A stretch of DNA of 64,000 bases from Bacteroidales bacterium (GTDB taxonomy: Bacteria; Bacteroidota; Bacteroidia; Bacteroidales; UBA3824). The stretch is taken from NCBI GenBank assembly GCA_017417315.1, contig JAFPZK010000075.1, positions 2,582 through 66,581 on the forward strand, given 5' to 3'. The position numbers and the translations under genes were made by a program. The notes beneath the pieces are model-generated. The model was not told the origin of the DNA. It ran no database searches and saw nothing but the letters and a program-made list of their open reading frames with translations. How positions within the stretch are numbered: position 1 is the stretch's first letter; every line of letters starts with the position of its first letter. Positions 57,496 to 64,000 of this stretch are shown here, piece after piece.

Positions 57496-59058
57496 ATGGC
57501 AGCACCGCACAAATATCCCACAGGCAGGGCAGATTTTGAGTCAATCATCAACGAGGGGTTCGTCTATGTGGACAAGACCGAGCGTATGTACGAGATGATT
57601 GGCGATAGGAAGTTTGTGTTCCTTTCACGCCCGCGACGTTTCGGTAAATCATTGTTGGTAAACACTTTACGCGCATATTTCGAGGGAAAGAAAGATCTTT
57701 TCAAAGGTCTGAAAATATACGATATAGAAAAGGATTGGATACAATATCCCGTGATTCAACTTGATATGTCTTCGTACAAAGATATGTCGCCTGAGAAAAT
57801 GGAAACGGCTATCGCTGATGATATTTACAAGATGGAAACAAAGTATTCCATCGTTCCTAATGAAAAACTCAGCAATGGTGCTCGTTTCAAAAATCTTATC
57901 GGAACTGCAAAGGCTGTCACCGGCAAAAACACCGTGGTTCTCATTGACGAATATGACGCGCCGCTAAATGCTCACCTTTACGACGGCAAACTCAAAGAGG
58001 TAAAGCCAAAACTTCAAGAGATTTTTCAACAACTCAAAGTCTGCGAAAAAGACGAGCGGTTTGTGTTCATCACGGGCATTTCAAAATTTTCGCAGGTATC
58101 GATATTTTCTACCATCAACAACCTCGAAAAACTCTCGATGGTGGAAGATTATTCCGACATCTGCGGCATCACAAAAGACGAACTTTTGAGTTATTTCAAA
58201 GAGGACATCAATCTTTTGGCGCAAAAGTATAGTTGCAGTTTCGACCAAATGGTTGAAATGTTAAAATATCAGTTTGACGGCTATCATTTCAGCGAAAATT
58301 CGCCTGATATGTTTAATCCGACAAGCATTTTAACCACTTTCAAAGAGAAGAAACTCAACAATCATTGGTTCGGAACGGCAACTTCGTCGTATATCATCGA
58401 CCATTTGAAACGACACAACGCCGACATCAAAAATCTTGTCCCGAAAAGCCTTTTTTCTGACGATTTTGACGTTTCGCCCGAGGACTACGACAGTCTGTGG
58501 CCGATTCTTTATCAGGCGGGCTATCTGACCATCAAGGATTACGACCCGAAGTGGAATACATACGTTTTGGACTATCCCAACAATGAAGTCCGCGTGGGAT
58601 TGATGCAAAATATGATGACATACTATTTTCCAAGAAACATTTCGTCGGGCAAAATGTCGATGAAACAGTTTTATGCCGCATTGGAAAATTTGCAGGTTGA
58701 CGAGGCGATGACATACCTAAAAGATTTTTTGTCAGAAATACCAAACATTCTCAACAACAAGGAGGAAAAGCATTTTCAGACAATACTTTACGTGATGTTC
58801 ACGTGGCTCGGATTCTATACCGAAGCCGAGGTCAATACAGCCGTTGGGCGCACCGATGTCGTAATCAAAAACACCAAAAACATCTTTGTCTTGGAATTGA
58901 AAGTGGACGGCTCGGCAGAGGATGCGCTGTTGCAAATCAATTCAAAAAACTATTCTATTCCGTATAAATACGACGGTCGCGAGGTTGTAAAAATAGGTGC
59001 AAATATCTCAACCGAGAATAATGTCAGGACAATAACGGATTGGAAGGTGGAGAGGTAA
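57496..59058 (+). CDS. AAA-ATPase-like domain + PD-(D/E)xK (PDDEXK_9/DUF1703-type) protein
   Basis: YPTGRADFESIINEGFVYVDKT, FLSRPRRFGKSL, VVLIDEYD, and a C-terminal GRTDVVIK...VLELKVD nuclease-like motif. Confidence 0.8.
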   Translation: MAAPHKYPTGRADFESIINEGFVYVDKTERMYEMIGDRKFVFLSRPRRFGKSLLVNTLRAYFEGKKDLFKGLKIYDIEKDWIQYPVIQLDMSSYKDMSPEKMETAIADDIYKMETKYSIVPNEKLSNGARFKNLIGTAKAVTGKNTVVLIDEYDAPLNAHLYDGKLKEVKPKLQEIFQQLKVCEKDERFVFITGISKFSQVSIFSTINNLEKLSMVEDYSDICGITKDELLSYFKEDINLLAQKYSCSFDQMVEMLKYQFDGYHFSENSPDMFNPTSILTTFKEKKLNNHWFGTATSSYIIDHLKRHNADIKNLVPKSLFSDDFDVSPEDYDSLWPILYQAGYLTIKDYDPKWNTYVLDYPNNEVRVGLMQNMMTYYFPRNISSGKMSMKQFYAALENLQVDEAMTYLKDFLSEIPNILNNKEEKHFQTILYVMFTWLGFYTEAEVNTAVGRTDVVIKNTKNIFVLELKVDGSAEDALLQINSKNYSIPYKYDGREVVKIGANISTENNVRTITDWKVER

Positions 59059-59096
59059 AATAGTAGTAATTTTTCAAATAAATAATGAAGTGAATT

Positions 59097-59339
59097 ATGG
59101 AAACTATATTCGATTTCAATCCGACAGATGAAGAACTCAACCGCTTCGGAGGTCGTGAATGTTATGAAGAAGGGAAAAAGAAAGGTCTTGATATAACAAA
59201 TCCAATTTGGTCTGATGCAAATTATTATCAGATTGGGGTCTTATTGTCTATGCGAGGAGATAACACCACGGCTGATATGTATTTTTCAAAAATAAAAGAT
59301 AAAGGAATATTAAGAAATTTATGGCAAGATTGTCCTTAG
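59097..59339 (+). CDS. Hypothetical 80-aa protein
   Basis: ORF only. 38 nt after the preceding gene. No family recognised. Confidence 0.35.
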   Translation: METIFDFNPTDEELNRFGGRECYEEGKKKGLDITNPIWSDANYYQIGVLLSMRGDNTTADMYFSKIKDKGILRNLWQDCP

Positions 59340-59584
59340 ACCATCGTAACTTTTGCCAAATTCTGCGTTATGTCTGTATGTAAATGCCATAATGATAGTA
59401 TTTTATTCCTGCCTCCTGCGGTATTCACGGGAAGGGGGGTGACAATTTGTCCCCACCCTTTGGCAAGTTGCGTGTCGCGACTTTTCATCTTTTTGATGTA
59501 GTCGGTTGGATTTTTGCTGTCGGTCAACACTTCTACCACGTCAACAACAGCAAAATACCACTTTTCTTTCTCATCGTCCCACAC
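59336..59584 (-). pseudogene. Fragment of a Bro-N/RhuM-like DNA-binding protein
   Basis: (K)VRTVWDDEKEKWYFAVVDVVEVLTDSKNPTDYIKKMK matches the N-terminal pattern of this family. There is no ATG (the in-frame upstream run ends at a stop after 6 codons) and the C-terminus is truncated and divergent. Confidence 0.5.
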
Positions 59585-59698
59585 AGTGCGGACTTTCTTT
59601 TCTTCAAATATCTGTAATGATGATTTTTAGGGCATAGTTTTTAACGTATTTTTTAGATGCAAATTTATAAAAATCCTTTGCTACTCACAAGGCATTTT

Positions 59699-60247
59699 TT
59701 ACAAGTTTTTTACAGCGTCCCTTACTTCCATGAGCGTAAAGCCGAGGTTGTTTTCGCCTTTCCAAAGGTTGGGATTTTGAGAATCTGTGTTTTCACGGTT
59801 AAGACCTATGCCCCAAACCTTATCTACAGGAGATGCTTCCACCAAAACGGCATCTCCCGTAGAAAGTAAAAAGTCTTTCAGTTTTGGATTTTGCGAAAAT
59901 TTGGCAAGATTGCCTTCAAAAACTATGCGGCATTTATTTTTGTTCCAAACCGCTGAATCAAAACCCCTTACTTCTTTGCCAAGTTCTTTAAAAGTTTTCG
60001 GGTCGTGGGCTTTCATAATTTCGTCGTAAATAGTTTTATCACCGAAAAGTACCGCTTTTTGAGCCATCATATATTGTTCGGTGGTATAATATTTTGTGCC
60101 GCCGACATAAAAAGTGCAGTCGTACCAATTACTCAAACACGATTTCGTAACTTTTCCGGGGTCTTCGTAATTCTCCCAAAACATTACATAATTGATTTTT
60201 TCACCGTTATTAAAACGGTCGATGAGTTGTTGTAAATTGTATTTCAT
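59699..60247 (-). CDS. NADAR (YbiA/DUF1768) family protein
   Basis: 182 aa. LSNWY...F...YTTEQYMMAQKA...VLVEASPVDKVWGIGL...NLLGFTLMEVR pattern. Confidence 0.8.
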   Translation of the reverse strand: MKYNLQQLIDRFNNGEKINYVMFWENYEDPGKVTKSCLSNWYDCTFYVGGTKYYTTEQYMMAQKAVLFGDKTIYDEIMKAHDPKTFKELGKEVRGFDSAVWNKNKCRIVFEGNLAKFSQNPKLKDFLLSTGDAVLVEASPVDKVWGIGLNRENTDSQNPNLWKGENNLGFTLMEVRDAVKNL

Positions 60248-60311
60248 TTTGGTATTCTTGTTAAATTAGTTGCAACAAAGTTAGAATATTATTTTGAAAA
60301 AATCAAAAATT

Positions 60312-60503
60312 TCAAGCCAAAACCTTCACCACACCTTCCAACCTAAGCAACGCAATTTTAACAGGCGAATCATTTTGTTCAAAAGTATTCGTGTGCTTTT
60401 CGGTGATAAATTCAAGACCGATAAGCACTTCGCTGTCGCTTCTGAGCAATATATCGTCAAAGTCAGACGGGGTATGATAAAGGTGAAAATAGGGCATAAC
60501 CAT
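60312..60503 (-). CDS. Hypothetical 63-aa protein upstream of the NADAR gene
   Basis: ATG 60503, with a TAATTTTG box (reverse complement of 60520-60527) 16 nt upstream. No family recognised. Confidence 0.3.
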   Translation of the reverse strand: MVMPYFHLYHTPSDFDDILLRSDSEVLIGLEFITEKHTNTFEQNDSPVKIALLRLEGVVKVLA

Positions 60504-60559
60504 AAACAAAAATACTCAGCAAAATTACTTAATTTTTTTGCATATAAAAATAAAATACC

Positions 60560-60567
60560 TATCTTTG
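60560..60567 (+). promoter_or_regulatory. -7 box TATCTTTG
   Basis: 34 nt upstream of ATG 60602. Confidence 0.4.
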
Positions 60568-60601
60568 CTATCAACTGATAACCAATTAATATACAAAGAC
60601 A

Positions 60602-61303
60602 ATGACAAAACCAAAAATCGTATTTTTAACGGGAGCCGGCATTAGTGTTGAAAGCGGATTATCTACTTTTCGCGGCAACGAAGGTATGTGGAATAACAAG
60701 TCTTGGCGTTATTATGCCAGCGTTGAAGGCTTGTATCACGATCCGAAAGGTTTTCTTGACTTTTACAACTGGCGCAGACAAAAACTCTCCGAGATTGAGC
60801 CGAATATGGCGCACCGTTTGATTGCCGAATTGGAGAAAGATTATCAAGTAACGGTCGTCACCCAAAATGTTGACAACCTGCACGAAAAGGCGGGTAGCAC
60901 CAACATTCTTCATCTTCACGGAGAATTGGCGAAAGTATGTTCTTCCAATAACCGACTCGACCCGAATTATATCAAAGATTATCCGCTGACAACTCCAATC
61001 AAATTGAAAGAAGATGCCGGCGACGGCTCTCAAATGCGACCATTTGTCGTCTTGTTCGGAGAATACGTACCATATATGGAAGAGGCTCAGGATTATATCA
61101 GCAGAGCGGACATTTTTGTTGTAGTAGGGACGTCATTGGTGGTATATCCCGCAGCAGACCTTATCCGTTATGCTGACAAAGACATTCCCCGTTACGTCAT
61201 CGACCCGAATAAGATTGAAGTCTGTGATGCTCTCGGCTTCGAACATATTCAAGCATCGGCAAGCGAAGGTATGAAATTGTTGTTAGAGAAAATAAGAATT
61301 TAA
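60602..61303 (+). CDS. cobB: Sir2-family NAD-dependent protein deacylase
   Basis: 233 aa. GAGISVESGLSTFRG, QNVDNLHEKAG, HLHGE. Lacks the 4-Cys zinc ribbon, which I recall as the usual state in Bacteroides-type CobB. Confidence 0.85.
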   Translation: MTKPKIVFLTGAGISVESGLSTFRGNEGMWNNKSWRYYASVEGLYHDPKGFLDFYNWRRQKLSEIEPNMAHRLIAELEKDYQVTVVTQNVDNLHEKAGSTNILHLHGELAKVCSSNNRLDPNYIKDYPLTTPIKLKEDAGDGSQMRPFVVLFGEYVPYMEEAQDYISRADIFVVVGTSLVVYPAADLIRYADKDIPRYVIDPNKIEVCDALGFEHIQASASEGMKLLLEKIRI

Positions 61304-62535
61304 TGTTTCTACAACGCTTGTACCCCTATTTACTGCCGCAAGCACGTCAAAAACCTTGTCGCTCCATCCGGCAATCAGGTAAACGTCTGAATTTAAAATT
61401 CTTAGCGGCGACTGACCATAACCGGCAAGGTCGAAGATGTAGAGTTTGGCAGCGGGGGCGAGTTGGCGGTAGCGGTTCCAAGACTTTTCGAGCGAATTGC
61501 TTCTGCCCGTGGAATCGTACATTTGGCAATCGGTGAAAAACATCACCTTGTCCAAAACTATGTTGTTTTCAATGAGATAATCAATCACTTTGTAGCCGTT
61601 GGTGGAATATCCGACTCTGTTATGGAACTTCTGCATTTCGCCGACGGACATCAGGATATTATCGGAGGGGACGTTGACAGGCTGCCAATTGTCGCCAAAA
61701 ATTCCCGAAACCACACGTCGGCAGCGGGTCTTGAATATCATTGCCAAAAAAAGTCCAATGTCGTAGCAATACACTGTGCTTTTGGGACTTACGGGCTGAT
61801 GCATCGAGCCGCTCACATCGCACGCCAAAAGTACGCTCGTATTTTGGTCGAAACCCTCGATATTGGCGGCGGAATGTTTGACGGCAAGTTCCAACGCCGA
61901 CATCACAAAAGGCGTGTCGGGCGAGTCGATTGCTTTGAGTTCACGGTACGCCGAGAGGAAACGGAATGGCAGTTGCCGCGACTTTGCCACTTGGTCTTCG
62001 TTGCTGAGTATTGAGGCGACAATGTTGACGCTCTCCGCCGAAATCTTCGATGCGAGCATATTTCTGAGGTTGCGCAGCATCGCCATATAGCCGAGACGTC
62101 CGCTATGCACCAACTCCTCCCACTTTTGGCGGAAGGCTGCGGATTTCTGTTCGTCGGATTCAAATTTTTGCTGACCAAGGGCGGAAAGTTCAGTCTCCCA
62201 AGTATATGGAGTTTCAAGTTTGCGGTCGGTTATATTGTTGAAAATCAATTGTTGCGCCTCGTCTTTGGCTTTTGGGTGGACAAGGAACAGGGCGTCGCGG
62301 AGTTTCACTTCGAGGTTGTCGCGGTTGTACTTGGCAAATTGGTATTCGTCGAAACGGTTGAACGCCTTTTGCAATCCGTTCTGAATCGTCCGCTCTTGTC
62401 CTCATAAAAACTGTTGCTCAGCGCGGTTGCAACCACGGCTGTGTAGAGTTCGAGTTCGGGCGACATCACGTAGGCTTTTGCGCCCTCGTGGTTCTTGGTT
62501 TCGTTTTGCTCGCGCAACATAGAATTAAAACTCAT
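61283..62535 (-). pseudogene. rsr: Ro60/Rsr orthologue (TROVE + vWA), frameshifted at about 62401 and apparently shortened
   Basis: The N-terminal 45 aa MSFNSMLREQNETKNHEGAKAYVMSPELELYTAVVATALSNSFYE end where another frame starts (TGA at 62404-62402). That frame reads GQERTIQNGLQKAFNRFDEYQFAKYNRDN...VLLACDVSGSM (vWA MIDAS). Confidence 0.75.
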
Positions 62536-62558
62536 CTTCGTAACTTTTTGATTGTTAA

Positions 62559-62660
62559 TAAAAAAACGGTGCAACAAGCGTGGAGACCTTAACATTCAGG
62601 CGGCCTTGCGACCCCACTCCTGCTCCCAATCGAAGGAATTCTCCACTACGGCAACCGTTT
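62559..62660 (-). ncRNA. Y-RNA-like element 1 (terminal stem with internal loop, T-arm-like hairpin, GNRA hairpin, U-tail)
   Basis: The minus strand carries 5' AAACGGU...GUGGAG and CUCCAC...ACCGUUU stems. Also UUCC-UUCGAUU-GGGA, GGUC-GCAA-GGCC, and a run of eight U at the 3' end. Lies 24 nt upstream of rsr. Confidence 0.55.
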
Positions 62661-62666
62661 ATATTA

Positions 62667-62766
62667 TAAAAAGGCGGTGCAACAGGCGCAAAGAGACTAT
62701 TACCCACGCAAAAAAGCGTGAACAGAATTAGCATTTCCGAAGTAACTCTTCACTACGGCAACCGCC
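62667..62766 (-). ncRNA. Y-RNA-like element 2 (paralogue of element 1)
   Basis: Shares CGGUUGCCGUAGUG (5' side) and UGUUGCACCG (3' side) with element 1. Stems GGCGGU/ACCGCC and AAGAG/CUCUU. Internal CACGC-UUUUUU-GCGUG hairpin. UUUUU tail. Confidence 0.5.
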
Positions 62767-62876
62767 CAAATATTTTTCAAAGAACAGTTCGTTGTTGTTT
62801 GACGTTGCAAAGTAAAAACAAAGGTACGAAATCTTTTTGCGTAACGGAAATTTTTTTTGAGAATTTTTGATTTTTT

Positions 62877-64000
62877 TTATTTCAAGACCTCCCAAAAACC
62901 GCCGTGGTCAGGTCCTACACGACGAATGTACTTATCACGTAATTGCTTTATATTCCGCCAAATAGTATTTTCGGCAACACCAACAATTTGTGCAATCTCT
63001 GTCATCGTAATATATGGATTATCCTTCATTAATAGCAATATCGTAGTTTGAATTTCAGATAATCTTTCTGTATACTTTTCTGTTACATCTCCTACAAAAT
63101 CACCTACATTACCATTAGAATTTACAGGGGCATTATGTCTCACAACACCGTCAAATGCATCATCTCCTACATTTACAGGGGCATTTGCAGGATTATTGTC
63201 TGTTTCTCCTACATTTATAGTGTCATATTGCTCCACAATACCTTCTAAGCAATTATCTCCTACATTTACACCTGCATTTACAGTGTCATTTTCGTTATCT
63301 CCTACATTATCTCCTACATTTACACCTACATTTACAGGGGCATTTACAGGTGCATTTACAGGGGCATCAATCTTATGCAAATTGACCCTCAATATAAAAT
63401 CATTGTCAATTATTTTTGGCTCGGCGGTGCCGTTGGCGTTGAGTTCGCGGCATACACGGTCGATGCCCTCGCCAAACTCCTTCACGTATTCGTGGGCTTT
63501 TAGGAAGGCGGCAATGACGGGATTGCGGGAAAAATGCGTATGACGGATGTTCCACGGACGGACAAGTCCGGGCAAATTGCCGGGGGACTCAAACACAATG
63601 CGGTCGTCAAACATTTTAATCTGAATCTCAGTGCCTTTGATGTTGTAGGCGCGATGGCAACAGGCATTGACCACCATCTCCTGAATGGCAAACGCAGGAT
63701 AGTCGCGGCGTGTAACAAAGATGCCCTTGTTGCCCAAAAACGTATGCTCCGCCACCTGCGTCTCGATAAACTCAACCTCTTCTGAACTTGATTGAGTATT
63801 GTGCCTTCGAATGTTACGTCCTTGATGACGTTCATCTCCGCACCTGTTTTTTCCTCAGTACCAACGTAACGGATAAAGCGCGTGCGAGCCCTCGGGAAAA
63901 ACCTTTGGGGATTCTTTCCGAAAAGCAAAATACAGGCGGTGCTTACCTCGTCGTCGCCTGTCTTGGGATTTTTGCGGACAAAATCGTTGTTTTCTTTGAG
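62877..64000 (-). pseudogene. AlbA_2/RecG-C-like (HATPase_c_4) + C-terminal wHTH putative regulator, 1-nt frameshift near 63780; 5' end off-window
   Basis: LLFGKNPQRFFPRARTRFIRYVG...LNQVQ continues in another frame as EEVEFIETQVAEHTF...AIQEMVVNACCHRAY...NPVIAAFL. C-terminus MTEIAQIVGVAENTIWRNIKQLRDK. Confidence 0.7.
63084..63365. repeat. Degenerate 12-nt tandem repeats encoding (A/V)(P/G)VN / VGDN tetrapeptide repeats in the regulator linker
   Basis: The CCTACATTTACA / GGGGCATTTACA type unit is repeated. The protein reads APVNAPVNAPVNVGVNVGDNVGDN...NAPVNVGD...NAPVNSNGNVGDFVGD. Confidence 0.7.

Noticed and set aside
60602-61303. Sir2 as a Thoeris/DSR-type antiphage NADase effector
   Set aside because: It has only 233 aa, with canonical deacylase motifs and no fused sensor (SLOG, TIR, HerA-type partner or large N- or C-terminal domain). 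It is most simply a CobB-type deacylase.
61463-62014. 183-aa plus-strand ORF antisense to rsr, and similar long antisense ORFs (1958-2509, 16394-16846, 19879-20424, 37461-38114)
   Set aside because: Each lies wholly inside a well-supported gene on the other strand. Each has biased, low-complexity composition and no start context.
62564-62766. Plus-strand orientation for the two Y-RNA-like elements
   Set aside because: Only the minus-strand reading gives U-run 3' ends after the closing stems and a UUCGAUU T-loop-like hairpin. It also matches the strand of rsr. The plus strand is not excluded without transcript data.
1-64000. Search for tRNA, rRNA, tmRNA, riboswitch, transposase, integrase or prophage genes
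   Set aside because: No GGTTCGA-type T-arms in cloverleaf context were seen outside the Y-RNA-like element. There are no rRNA-like stretches. The intergenic regions are short and otherwise accounted for by promoters and terminators. No ORF has transposase or integrase motifs.

Overview
The 64-kb window looks like a Bacteroidota (Bacteroidales-like) chromosome. This is inferred from gene content (korAB, PPi-dependent PFK, ftsK-lolA, kdsA-kdsD, cdaA, HU plus a tiny basic ribosomal-like ORF) and from TAnnTTTG -7 boxes 16-45 nt upstream of many ATG starts. Several longest-ORF starts in the supplied track are TTG/GTG codons lying inside these boxes, so I moved those starts to the next ATG.

Positions 1-54,000 are mostly housekeeping genes, interrupted by a few accessory modules:
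- a canonical methyl-accepting chemotaxis protein and a degenerate MCP-like coiled-coil protein;
- two TPR-TM-PP2C phosphatases, one next to a SiaC/DUF1987-like partner;
- a PIN toxin with an unannotated 53-codon antitoxin;
- a tightly coupled six-gene operon at 38.5-43.9 kb (details below).

The six-gene operon is my best candidate for an undescribed system. It encodes a PqqD-like RiPP recognition element, an ABC exporter, a PF14907-like nucleotidyltransferase, an HprK-like kinase and an S24/S26 peptidase. It has no recognisable core RiPP enzyme or precursor.

Positions 54,000-64,000 form an accessory or defence-type island:
- McrBC plus an unknown upstream gene;
- an AAA-ATPase-like/PDDEXK_9-type protein;
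- a Bro-N-like gene fragment;
- NADAR and a Sir2 deacylase facing each other;
- a frameshifted and apparently shortened Ro60/Rsr (TROVE) gene preceded by two tandem Y-RNA-like structured elements;
- a frameshifted RecG-C-like/wHTH regulator with a 12-nt tandem-repeat linker.

Four accessory genes are visibly decayed. I saw no rRNA, tRNA, CRISPR array, transposase or integrase. All family assignments come from motif and pattern recognition by eye. No searches were run.
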